Positions 34,030 through 46,333 of a stretch of 64,000 bases of DNA are shown here, piece after piece (position 1 is the stretch's first letter; every line of letters begins with the position of its first letter). This DNA is from Leidyana gryllorum EB-2025a (Eukaryota; Protista; Apicomplexa). A program made the translations under genes and the position numbers. The notes below the pieces were generated by a model, which did no database searches, was not told the origin of the DNA, and saw only the letters and a list, made by a program, of their open reading frames with translations. The DNA is taken from positions 992,001 through 1,056,000 of the forward strand of contig JBLWGC010000230.1 in the NCBI GenBank assembly GCA_048772705.1, given 5' to 3'.

Positions 34030-35144
34030 ATGGATAGGTATCAGAAGCTCGAGAAAATCGGAGAAGGGACATATGGAGTGGTGTACAAGGCTCAAGATGC
34101 CAAGGGAGATTTGTATGCCTTGAAGAAAATCCGTCTGGAAACGGAGGACGGAGGGATCCCCTCAACTGCAATCAGAGAAATTGCTCTGTTAAAGGAGCTA
34201 CAGCATCCCAATATAGTAAAGTAGGTATTGTGGGCGGGCGCAGTGTACACAAAAGGGTCAGGTTATATGATGTCCTTCACACTGAACGGCGACTAACTCT
34301 GGTCTTTGAGTATCTGGATCAAGACTTGAAGAAGTTGCTTGATGTCTGCGATGGTGGTCTGGATCCTCAGACCACCAAGTCATTTCTATATCAATTATTA
34401 AGAGGAGTGGCTCACTGTCATGATCACCGTATACTTCACCGTGACCTCAAGCCTCAGAATTTACTAATCAATAGGGTCAGTAGCAACACATAGGAAGGAG
34501 AACAGAACCGACACAAGTAGTTCTACAGGAAGGAGCGCTGAAACTCGCCGACTTCGGGCTCGCCCGTGCTTTCGGGATACCAGTGAGGGCTTTCACTCAT
34601 GAGGTTGTAACATTATGGTACCGCCCCCCCGACGTGCTGATGGGCTCGAAAAACTACTCTACCTCATTGGATATATGGAGCGTAGGATGCATCTTCGCCG
34701 GTACGCACTCTTTCTATCTCTCGGAATATTTATTCCCCCTTAGAAATGGCCAACGGCCGGCCTTTGTTCCCTGGCGCATCTGACTCTGACCAACTCATGA
34801 AGATCTTTCAGATACTGGGTACACCTGATATAGGCAGCTGGCCGGAGGTGCAAAAGCTTCCACAATGGAAGGTAGGTCACCTGCTGCTCTGCTGTTCGCA
34901 CGCTCGCTCACCCGACGCACACACACGCTCTTTCTGCTCGTCCTCAGCCTGACTTCCCCCGGATGCAACCCCAAACTTGGCACAATGTGGTCCCACGACT
35001 GGACCCGTTGGGCGTTGATCTACTCTTCGTAAGTGAACTGCAGGAAGACCCCGGACCATTTTTGTGTAGCAAATGCTGGTGTATGATCCGTCCAAGAGAA
35101 TCAGTGCTCGCGATGCGATGCGTCATGCTTACTTTTCGTCGTAA
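34030..35144 (+). CDS. CDC2: Cyclin-dependent kinase (CDC2/CRK2/PK5 type), five short introns
   Basis: [39 protein letters not shown] and DIWSVGCIF. Confidence 0.97.
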
Positions 35145-35168
35145 ACTTCTTCATTCCCCAATAAAGCC

Positions 35169-38100
35169 ATGGTAAAACTAAGCGATCTGGATGACAGCCA
35201 GTTAGCAGCACGTGGTCTCAAGAGGGTCCGAGTACACGTTGAAGTCCAGCTCAAGCTCAAGGCCGACGGGGATGAAGACGCACTCGAGGAAGCCGAGAAG
35301 AGGGCTCGCCACTTCGCCTCCAAGCTCGATATGCAGCGACTCGCCAGCCTCGCCCGCAAGCACAGCTTTGTTACCACACCTCTCAATGTCGTCATGTCCA
35401 AACCCCAGGGCCACCAGGCGAGACGTGGCAGCGACTCCATTAGCTCACTCTATGAGATTCGAGAATTCAAGAGCCCCACTGCCAGTATTGTACACGAAGC
35501 TCAATCACCTGTCAAAGCTGCATTCGAAGTCAAGTTTCCGCGCGTCGTGCGCACACTGCGATCGATCGGAAAGTTTACACGCCGTGTATCGGGTGTAGGC
35601 AACTTCCAGCTCAATGGGAGACGCGCAGATAGCCTCCTGGGGAGTGCAGGAGCACATTCCTCGGTGACATGCGGAAGTTTTGCCCCGCCAGATGTACTGA
35701 CCGGAGAACTGTACAGACTCGGCGACATGTATTGGTTGCCTCATACAGAACACGTTATCGCTCCAGGACTGTGCGTCAATGCTGGGTGAGTAGTATTGAT
35801 CGATAGCGATCAATCTTTCTTGACCGCCCACGCAGGAACGACGGGCACCGTAACGCTCCCGAATTCGCTTATCAATGGCCACCACAGACAGCAAGTGTCA
35901 CCAGGTGGAATTCGATCACCAGAGTCAGCCACACTAACCATTGGAAATACAAAGCCAAACAAGCGCCCTGGTTCCTCCAACGTACCGAACAGTTCCTACG
36001 ATGCGAAGTCTTACCCAACATTGCGCAAAGCACTCTTGAAGACTGCAAAGAAGGGGACTGTCTCGAGGCCATGGCCGGGATCAACACCGCCACCGTACTC
36101 CACAAAATCCGTGTTGAGGCAGTCAAGCCAGAATTCCTTCCTGTTGGAACGTGTCTCCGGCTACACGGCAAAATAGTGCTGGCCATACATCCCGAACGAT
36201 GCGGAGTACTCGACGAAGCTGCCATCGAAGAAGGGGTACAATTCGAACGTCAAGTTTGGCTCAATCTCAATGCCATATGCGCCGGAGGGGTCAGTTGGCA
36301 GCTCCCCGCCTCCACCAATCAGGTAATCCTCAGTTGTCGCCTTCGATCGCTCTCATCCGCTCGTAGCCCCTCTTAGTCGCACTGCAATCGATTTCTGAGA
36401 CTGGGAAGGCGCAGTCTATTGTGATTATGGGCCGAAGGGGGACCATCGAGACGGTAACGGCTCAGGAGCTCAGCAACCAGCTCACTTTCCTGAGCCGTCA
36501 TCTCGATTGGTACTACAGAGGTCCCAGTTGTCACGTAGCAGCGAGACCTTTCCGATTGATCTATAACGGTCGGAAAGGCGCATTGAGAAAGATTAGTCGA
36601 AGGGCCTCTCCGGAGGCCACTCTGAATGAGATGAATCGGCCCGTGGATCCCGCCACTCGGACGAGCTCCGGACTGAAGCGACGCTTCTCACTGAGGCCTA
36701 ATCGAGACTCCAGTGAGACTCAGATTCTACCGCGAGTCTTCGACCGCAAAACGAGCAGTCTAATGGCTCCGCTATTTGGAAACACCTCAGACATCCGCAA
36801 CATGAGTCTCCTATCTGCCAAACGGCGGTACGGTTCCGAAGGGTTTGTGGGGGCAGAGAAGACTGCTTGGCGCAGAGTTTCGACAGAGACTTTGCGGAAC
36901 GCAACGTCGAGGAGCCCCACGTTTGCTCAAGGCACACGCGCTGGGAGCAAACGAGTCGGTCGGCCCGTGCGTAAGTGCATTCATTGTTCATTCAGTCTCT
37001 CCACATTTCATCTGCCAATCTGATAGCGGTCTTCACCAACAGTCCATCGATGGGCCGGAGAGTGTCAAACAGAGTGAACGGCACCCATTGGATGGTGCGG
37101 GAAATAGACGACGCGGTACCGTCGAAGCTGATGGATCGGATTCTTGCGGCCGAGATGATCTGCAGATCCTTCACCTGCTGTCCGACCAGCACGACCCCGT
37201 GGAAGTCGTTGGCTTTGCGGGGCATCAAGATCTGTTTCGCTCGGCCATTGGCAGCACGGGCAGGGCGGATTTTGGACGTTCTGTTGGACACCTCACCCAT
37301 TTGTGCGTTTGTGGACACTCGACTGCGTCACCAACAGGCGATCAATTCGTTGGTGATGGACTTTGGACGCAAAGCTCGAAATCGTGTCCTGTTAAACAAC
37401 TCTTTCGAGAGTGATTCCGATATGATGTCGAGCGTAGGGACACCGAGCTCCGCTTCTGACGAGGATTTATGGCAGGGGGATACGCCCTGGCCCTTTCATA
37501 TCTTCTTCCAGCTTCTGGGTGAGCTGCCCTCCCATTATAAGATCCCCTCTCCCATCTTTGCACACAGAGGGATACGAGACTTCGCTTCCGGAGTCGCTCT
37601 CGAAGAGTTTGAAGCTTCCGTCGTCGGATCCCGCGAAATATGCCCTCTTCCAGCCAATGACCGATGCGTTGAATCGATTCTCCGCCCGTATGAATGACGT
37701 GGATGAGAAGCTGCCGTTCGTCGACTCGACCCCACTCGGCTTTCTACTGGGCGGAGTGGAACTGAATTTGCCCCCGGACGCCCAATTGTTGAGACTCGAT
37801 GAACAAATGAAACGAGCCGAGCAACTCCGGCTGCGAATGATCGATGAGGAGAATGAAGCGTTGAGGAATCACCAACAGCGGCCACCCGCGGGTGTCGTCT
37901 ATCCTGGAGGCGATAGTGTCCCTCCTCCGGCCCCGGGAGCGAAGCGTGTCACTATTTGGGAAGGCGAGCCACCGCCAGGAATGGGCGAGGTGCCTGACGT
38001 GATGAGCACTGCCGAGCATTTAGCGCCCAGATATTATCAGGAGCAATTCTACAAGAGTCTATTGGGTAAGTGACATTCGAGACTGCGTTTTGATAAGGAG

Positions 38101-41100
38101 AGCACGCGTTCGGGTGAACGCTTCAATCACTGCGGGGAGACGCGTTTTCCGGATGGGCTTTGAATCGATTCGAATTGAGTTCCCATTTCCATTCCATTGC
38201 ACTCCACACTGTCCATGAACGGTGACCCAATGGATGTCGTACGAAATCGCTTTGATACACTCGTGTGCTGATTGCAGTGGATCACGCTATGAATGCGTCT
38301 ACGACATTTGGGCATCTGCGAGATACGTTCGGTTTCAACGTTGCCGAGTTGGAGGCGACCGTTGGGGTGCTGGCGGCCATATTGCATATGTCTAACCTCA
38401 GCTTCACGGTGTTTCCACCGATCGAGACGTATATCGTGGCGTCGTCTGCTCAAGCTGCGGAAGAGAGTAATCAGGCTAATGAGATGACAGGTCTGAAGGC
38501 GGCCCTGTCTCTTCGTCACAATCGTTCAGGCCGTCAAATAGCGAGATTGACCAATGAGGATTTGTTACGTTTGGCTGCAGACGAGGGACACGCTTTGTTC
38601 TTGCGAGCAAGTGGAGATCCAACACCAGGCCCCAATGAGTTGGCTGACATACGACATCGGTTGACCAAAACTACAGCGTGTCCAATTCGACCGACAGCTG
38701 TCAGTCACGCGATTTATGCTGCGAATTTACTCCAAGTCCCGGTGGCTATGTTTGTGGCTTTGTTTTCGCGAGCTCTGGCGCAACAGCACAATAGTGGTGA
38801 CAATCAAGTGGATTCTTTGTTCGAAGTCTCCAACCACGCGCACCTTTATGAGGAAGAATCCATGTTGTCGAAAGGGATACAGAGCGTTGAAGTAATGCAG
38901 ATTGCCAAAGGAGGTGAAAACGAGGACCCCAGACCAGATCAGGCGATGGTCCTTCCAGCCTGGACCTCCATCCATTCATGGATGCCATTAGATCAGTGCC
39001 GAAGTGTGAGGAAAGAAGTGGCTGCTGCATTGTATCGGCGTCTCTTCGATTGGATTGTGCACCGAATGAATCTCTGTTTGGTCACAGAGCCCGCACTGAC
39101 AATGATGAACGGAGACATCAACCCTCTCAAACAGATTGAGCTCGACTTTAACAACGCGCTCTTCCTGATCGATGGTCCCCCCTTCCTGGAACCACCCAAA
39201 GTGTGCGACAATATGGAGTTCCTTCTCACCACTCTCGTTGAGGAGAAGTTACACCAACTGTATTTGGTTCAAACTTTCCGGGAGTACGCTTTGAACATCC
39301 AGTTGGAAACCGGAACCACTCTTCCACAAGAGTGCACCCTGGATCCACTTGATCACCCAACGGCTTTGGAGCTGCTCACGTCACCTGACATGAGCGCCCT
39401 TTGCCGTCAGCTTGCTGCAAGAGCTCTCGAGAACGAAGAATCGACTAAAACGTGGCTGGTAGAAAGATCGCCCACCTCTCCGTCAGAATTACCCTCAGCC
39501 GGAGGCTCAAGCGGAGAAGATGAGAACATTGGTGATCTGATACTGAGAAATGTCAGATCCCAAAGTATTCTCGCTTCAAAGTGAGTTTAACAAACAGGGC
39601 TCTCTTACCAATCACACCTCACTCAGTCGTTTCGGAGGGTCCGGCTTTGCAGTGAAACACTTCTTTGGGACCACCGAATATCTCGCGTCCGATTGGGTTG
39701 ATCGGTTCAACCGGCATATCACACGAATGTTGGATAATTGGGCTGCCCACACCCGCTCACCAGTGTTGCGGGAACTGCTTCAGAGTCCTGTCGCTAGTGA
39801 GTTCGAATCTTTGACCCTCAGCACATCTCACCACTTAGACCGAGTGGAACCGATGACCAGTCAGGTCGAAGAGTCTATCACTAAACGTAAGGCTCCACAT
39901 CTTGCGACGATCTGCGACAATCTCACCTCTTTGGGTCCCAACAGTGCCTCTGGCCAGAGCTTTCACGGACTCCACTCGTTTGCTACAATCATTAGATAGC
40001 ACTGAAGCGCGCTTCATTCTGTAAGTGGCGAGGAGGCGGCTGAGATTCACACCACCGGTCAGAAATATATCCGTGCCCTTCAATGACAAAGTACCCGACT
40101 CCATTAAGGTATTCCAGCAAACAGAGCGGTTTGAATTAGCCAAGGTCGCGAGACTCATGACCAGTGTCCCTCTGTGCACCATACCCTTGACTACCTTCCT
40201 TCGTCGCTACGCCCTCCTCGAAAGGTATATCAGTAAACGACAGAGCCCAATTGTCCCTCCTCCCTTCCGACCCGTAAGTGTGTGTCGCTGCCCCCCGCAG
40301 ATCAAAGCTCGCGCACAGTTCGGAGACACAGCTGTTGATGAAGAGGAGGCCAACTTGTGCAATGCCACTGCCGCTGTAAAAATCGAAACAGCTCTTCGCT
40401 GGGTACGTGTGCGTGGGTCAGAGTCTGTCGCTCATATAGAGCTCTGCAGATGAACCTCTTCCGCACCTCTGGAGTTGTGACCTATCATGACGCCGACATC
40501 AAAGTTGGTCAAGGAGAGCTGAAGCTGCCGGGAAGGGTGATGGCGGCGATCGAAGTTCTCTGGTGAGATGGGGAGGAGACCGTGCTGCAATCTGTGTGCA
40601 GGACTAAAGTGGTGTCTCAGCGCATCACGAGACTTCAAGCTGGAATTCGGGGCCATAAAATCAAAGTGCGATATCGGATCGGCCGCGAGGCCCGCTTGAT
40701 GTACCTGAAATTGGAAGCGGCCTACCAGAAGGCGGCTGCTGACGGATGGAATTATCTCAAGCCTCCGGCTCTGGAGGATGTGGTCACTGGAGAGGAACTG
40801 CAGGAGAGGTAAGGGGAGTATTTCTCAATAGTTCCGCATCTCTCGCCAGAGTCCAAGCGTTCATCGACGCGGCAGAGTCCTGCGAATGGTTTTTGGAGCA
40901 CTTCTTCTCCAACAAACGCTTACATGAACTACATGCAACAATTGACGTTCTCAAGGAACACGCCTCTTTACTATGGTATGCAATCGCGACGGTCTCTCCA
41001 CTAAATTCACCTCAGCGAGTGCGAGAGAATGCTTCGACGCGGAGAGACTCAGGGCCAAGCGATTGACTCCCTCCTCGCTGCTATCGCCCGCGAGGGACTG

Positions 41101-42423
41101 CAAAGCGATACGGTTGCCATGGTGAGTCATTTGCGAGGGAAGGATGGCTGCGGATGGATCTATGGGCCATTTCCTCTCTCTCATCAGTTGACACTCCGGT
41201 CCACTAAACTCAAGGCTGAGGAAGTGTGGAGGCGAAAGATCATTCGGGCCCTCAAACATAAGTAAGCTGCAGCAAAAAGCAGACAGCGGGGGACATCGAT
41301 CGTTCTCAGTAACTTTGGGGCCGCCGCAGCGGTACTGGAACAGATCAGGTTACATCGAGTGAGTCTGCACACTGTGAACTCAGTCGATTGACAGCCCAAT
41401 CGTAGTCTGCCGGAGATATTATCTCTCCGCATTTGAGCCATTTGGTGTCGGAGTTTCAGAAGCGATCTGACGGGTCCCGAATACCGCGACCGGAGGCTAC
41501 CAATGGACGTGGCACAGACGGAGGGACTTCTCGACGGAGCCCGAAGGGTGCCCACATGAGGGTGCAAACCAAGACTTCCGTACTGCCGTCACGGGTACGT
41601 TGTCCTCGCTACGTAAACCCTCTTAAATCCATCTGTGCTCAGCCGATGCTGTGGACTACAGCACAGAAACCGCCACCGATATGCGAGACACAGTTGGACC
41701 AATACGTGAAGGGTATTTTATCGCCTGCTGGAAAGTTTGAGGCCCAGCGAGGTGAGTGGGGGGAGGTGGTTTTGGAGTAATATTGGCTTTAGAATCGTTG
41801 GGGGGTTCGAGTTTCAGCCCGAACCGTAAGCTGCAACGTCAATGACCTCATGAGAGTGTACTTCGTCGATCATGGTGGCGGTCGCCGCCTTTGCATTGTT
41901 AAAAGCTTCATCGACATACGCTCTGATATACGTTGTCCGTTGAGGGCATCACAATATCGGACCACTCACTTAAGCTCTGCGCTTGTGATGCCTTTGTGCG
42001 CTGCAGTGGGTTGGATGATCTCTAATCGAGATCTGCCAGGATCCGCTCGCTCTACTGTTCTGATGCAGTCTTTCTCGCTAACCCACTTGTCCTTGGCCAC
42101 TGTTACATTGGAAGAGAAGAATAACATTATATTGCTCTCTTTGCGTGCCAGACTCACGATGAAGGACGAGGACGTAAGGATATAAGTCCAAACGCATATG
42201 TGCCTTGTCTCCAGTGTACTTGGCATAGCTCTCCATAGCCGGGGAGATGAGCACAAAGGCGGGTTTGGGACGGGCGATCCGCCGGCCTACAACTGCGCCG
42301 AACCCCGATGCAACTGACGAGACGTTGTCACAGAAGCCACTGCTACACAAAAAAGAGTCTCACCGATCATATTGGGCTGGCCGCTGTCGTATGCAGCGGT
42401 GGCAATTCGAGTGGCTCGAGTGA
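35169..42423 (+). CDS. Large, highly divergent unconventional myosin (degenerate motor, IQ motif), many exons; 3' end uncertain
   Basis: Ordered myosin landmarks: INTATVLHKIR, IVLAIHP, QSIVIMG, FHIFFQLL, VLAAILHMSNLSF, AAALYRRLFDWIVHRMN, EEKLHQLY, FAVKHFFGTTEY, FLRRYALL and IQ-like ITRLQAGIRGHKIK. Confidence 0.85.
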
Positions 42424-42633
42424 GGACTATCGACATGACACCTTTGAAGAGCATAATCTCAGTCACAACACCTCCCACAATCTGTGATATAACAATTCAT
42501 TTTCTCGATGCGCTATATCACTCACCAAAATACCCAGGATCGCCAGTGCACCTCCCAGTGGTAGGAACAGAAACCCGAGACTGCAGTGAAGATTTTTGAC
42601 GGACTCCTCGTGCGCCATCACGCACACGCAAAC

Positions 42634-43130
42634 TTACATTATTCCAGTGATGATTAAAGCTGCGAATAGAGCCAATGCTGCAATACTGATATTCAGGGTC
42701 TTGCGAGAACGCAGATCAGGGGCTACAACATTTTGAGGACCATAGATTTCCTCCAGTAGCCGCTGGATCTCTGGCTTCCCCTTGGCGCGAAGCCTGAGTC
42801 TATATTTTCTGCAAATCATTCCGTAAAAGCCCTTACCCATGCAGATACAGGATTTGTGGTGCCATACGGCTTGTCCATACACAAGCTGCAAATTGTGTGT
42901 CGGCTGTGTTTTGTCACATGCCTTTCCTCCGCAACTATAGCGCTCACACTGTACTATGTACATCGACATTGGTAATCATCACTCACCAATGTCGCTTGTG
43001 CCCGGATCCCACCACTCCAGAGGAGAGTGGCGAGAATGTGCGTTGGGCACCGACATGGAGTGACCCGGCAACAATTGACGACAACTGTTTGCGGTGGACG
43101 GGGGAGCCACCGTATGAGGAGGCGACATTC
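42634..43130 (-). CDS. Small hypothetical protein, possibly spliced, with a C-terminal hydrophobic segment
   Basis: 111-aa ORF with several Cys and terminal ISIAALALFAALIITGIM. A GTGAGT...CATAG intron candidate lies at about 42955-42987. Confidence 0.3.
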
Positions 43131-43409
43131 AGTCCGTGTGTTCCCCCCGACTAACTATCACATTTTGCTGTCAATCGCAGGGAAAGCCCTAGACATGTAG
43201 TGTTAGAAAACTGTGTGCACGAGACACCCATTCGGGTTGTGGTGTGACCGTCCGATCGTAATAATCAGCACGATCTGAGCGATTGACTCTATTTCCCAAA
43301 CTGAAGGGTCTGGAAATGGCCGCCGTATACTACATATTCTCCATTACTCCACTGAATGCAGTAGTATACGTGTGCCGTTCGCTTGGAAACGTGCATGGCG
43401 CCAATATAG

Positions 43410-44898
43410 ATGAAGTTGCTAGGCAATGTGGGGGCAACATTGCTGGCCCAATCGTCACTCCGATCGGCCTACGGCGATGAAAATCTGCTAGCCGCTGGTG
43501 AGTTGCCGATGCCGGAGCTATGCTATCCACCGAATGGGGACCCCATGAATGTGGAATTGGAGTTTTTGATCGATGTGAGGGGAGCGATGAAGCCGCATAT
43601 GCCGCTGTGGCGAGCAGCCTTGCCAGAATTGTATCGAAAGCTACGTGGTACTATTGGAAACACATTCATGAGACGCATTATTGGGATCACTGACCGGCCT
43701 CAAGACGGACCAGACGATCTTGGAAAGTCGCTTATAGTCTTTGAGAGGCATAACATATCCAGGCACAGTGACTTGCTGGCTGCCTTGAAGGATCTTGACG
43801 ATTTGGTACAAGAAGAGCCCGACGCAGATTTCGAGCGGGATCCTTCTGACACCACGGGTTGGCCAGGAGCCTCGAAATACGATTCAAAGACTGGAACTGC
43901 CATACTCGACTTCATCTATGATCGATATGCGAACCAAATTTATGATGGAGACATTCCGGGCCCTCAGTTCATGATAGTCACTACTCCAGCGGTGCCACGA
44001 GTCAAAGGACATACAGGGAAATGGTTTGACGACGCTCCTGTTCTCTGGGACCAAATCACATACACGAATTCCTCTTATCTGGAGGTTGCTGAGGCCAAGA
44101 CCCGCCTCAAAACCCTGAATCAGAACCTTTATCACATCACCATGGTAGCTCCCACCGAGGAGGGAACTATTGCTGGCCGAGTTGTTGACACTTTTATGGA
44201 CGATCTTGCGCTCACCCCTCGCTGTTTCACTAACAATCTTAACGTGGGAGGCCTGGCAACTCTGGACACTTACCTGGAGTCAACGACTCGTTGGGCTATC
44301 TGTGCTTGGGTGGGTGCGCAGTACGGTACGGTAGCGACCACACCAGCTCCTTCGTCTACAACTGAGATCACGACGGAGGCCACAACAACGACGGGAATCA
44401 TTCCTCCCATAACAACGTGGCCTCTTACGAGTTTCAGCACAGAGTCGGTAAGTAAAGGTGACGTGTAGAGTGGGATGTGCTGGGTGGAGGACGTTTGCGT
44501 TTGTGTGGCTGTGTGTAAGGATTGATTGTACACTCATTGTTGGGTGGATCTGAGGGTGACAATATTTTCAGACGGACGAGGGTTCTGGCGGGGAGAGTTC
44601 CACCGAGGACGGAGACGGCGACGGGGAAGGAGGTGGTCCCCCCGGGGTCATCCACAGCCGCCAAGCTCGGCCAATTTTATGGATTTTGATTATAGTCTTC
44701 GGGGTGGTGGCGATTATAGCTCTGATATACCTCCTTTACAAATGGTGGAATCGTCCTGCACCTCTGGTGATCGATATGGACGAACCTGTGCAGGAAGATG
44801 AGATCCGAGGAGCGCGCAGGGCGACTATTGTCAACGTTGATGAGGCCGAGGAGGAGCAAAGTGCGGAGATCACGCCGCCAGAGGGTTCTCCCAGATGA
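43410..44898 (+). CDS. Type-I membrane protein with a degenerate integrin-beta-like vWA domain (paralog 2); intron 44448-44571
   Basis: Signal-like N-terminus, LEFLIDVRGAM, GITDRP, FMIVTTPAVPR, SSYLE and a Thr-rich stalk. A phase-0 GTAAGT...TTCAG intron joins to TM ILWILIIVFGVVAIIALIYLLY and an acidic tail. Confidence 0.75.
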
Positions 44899-44940
44899 GT
44901 GCATGTGATTCCAGACAATTGTGCCAAGAGGGACGATGCC

Positions 44941-46266
44941 ATGAGGTATATATCAGCACTTTTGCTGGTTTTAGCCAGACAGACGCAGGCGAGCGTAGAA
45001 TTGTGCCAGACACCCGAGAACTACGGATTGGAAGTGGTTTTGAGCATCGATGTGCAGGGAACGTTTCGAGCTCACTGGCAGCACTTCCAAGTCGGGTACA
45101 CCTCAGCACTATATGACATACACAGAGCATTGCCGGAGGCTAACATTACAGGGATTCAAGCTTTTACTGACAGGCCGGACTATTTGCCCGCGATTGATGA
45201 TCCAACTACCATCTTCAAGTTTCGCCAGGCCCCCACCAGTAACCTTGACGACACTGCTGAGGGTATCCAACTCGCTTCAGAGGTCTTGAAGGAGAAGAGT
45301 TGGGGAGACATGTCTGGAGGCATGTCTCTGGCTCCAGAGTTTCTTCCCGTAGCCAACAAGTATGAGTACGCAGGTTCTGAAGGCAGCGCTGGCTTGGATG
45401 TGATCTATCACATGGCTCGGGATTATCCCTGGTCGCCGGTGGCCGGTCCCAAGATCCACATTCTGGTCACCACAGCAATACCCCGGGAGTTTGGACACAG
45501 TGATACCCTCTGGGACACTCAGAATCCACTTTGGAACAACATAATGAGTGTGAGATCTTCCTATGTGGACATTGGAGGTGCGAGTATCCGGCTGGCCGCG
45601 TCTAAGGACCACAATGTGTACACCTATGTTCTCTCGGGCATGACAGAAGGAGGGGCAAATGCTGTCCCTTTATGGACAGATTACTTGAGTCAACTGGGAT
45701 TGACTCCGTACTCGGAGGTCTTTTATCTGTATCCTCATCAGTCGAGTCTTATAACAGCTGCGATACTGAGGGCAGTGAGCCACAGTAGCTGCCATTGGGT
45801 GGCGCATCAACGGGACCCGCCCGAGACCACCGAGCATCTGTCCGACGACGACTCGACCGAAATCAGCACCGTTGAGCCCCCCACAACAGCTCCCATTGAG
45901 GGCACCACATTTTCGACTTTGGATGCTTTGGAGTCGATCTCTTCGAGCCCCTCCAGTCTCACTAAGCCCACAATGCATTTTTCGAGCACACCAACTTCCA
46001 GTTCCACTGCCACTCTCACGTCGCCGGCCGTGGATGTGGACGATGCGGGGCCCTCTCCTCCCGGGAGACAGTCAAAGCCCAATATGCCATTGGTGATTAT
46101 TGGTGCTACGATCGGTGGGGTTGCAGTGCTGTTGTCGGCAGGAATACTTTTGTTTGGGGCGGCTACCTCGACGGTGGTGGTGTCAGATGATGTAGGCGAC
46201 AGGGATAGAGACGAAAGTTTGGTGAGACTGCATCGCGAAGGTGACGATCAGAGGGCGAGACTCTGA
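44941..46266 (+). CDS. Type-I membrane protein with a degenerate integrin-beta-like vWA domain (paralog 3); intronless
   Basis: Signal MRYISALLLVLA, LEVVLSIDVQGTF, AFTDRP, HILVTTAIPR, SSYVD, Ser/Thr stalk, TM VIIGATIGGVAVLLSAGILLF and an acidic tail. Confidence 0.75.
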   Translation: MRYISALLLVLARQTQASVELCQTPENYGLEVVLSIDVQGTFRAHWQHFQVGYTSALYDIHRALPEANITGIQAFTDRPDYLPAIDDPTTIFKFRQAPTSNLDDTAEGIQLASEVLKEKSWGDMSGGMSLAPEFLPVANKYEYAGSEGSAGLDVIYHMARDYPWSPVAGPKIHILVTTAIPREFGHSDTLWDTQNPLWNNIMSVRSSYVDIGGASIRLAASKDHNVYTYVLSGMTEGGANAVPLWTDYLSQLGLTPYSEVFYLYPHQSSLITAAILRAVSHSSCHWVAHQRDPPETTEHLSDDDSTEISTVEPPTTAPIEGTTFSTLDALESISSSPSSLTKPTMHFSSTPTSSSTATLTSPAVDVDDAGPSPPGRQSKPNMPLVIIGATIGGVAVLLSAGILLFGAATSTVVVSDDVGDRDRDESLVRLHREGDDQRARL

Positions 46267-46333
46267 TGTTTGATTGTACATCGAAGATCGATTCCGGGAA
46301 GGATCTTTTGTTTGCTTCATGGATAAACACTTT

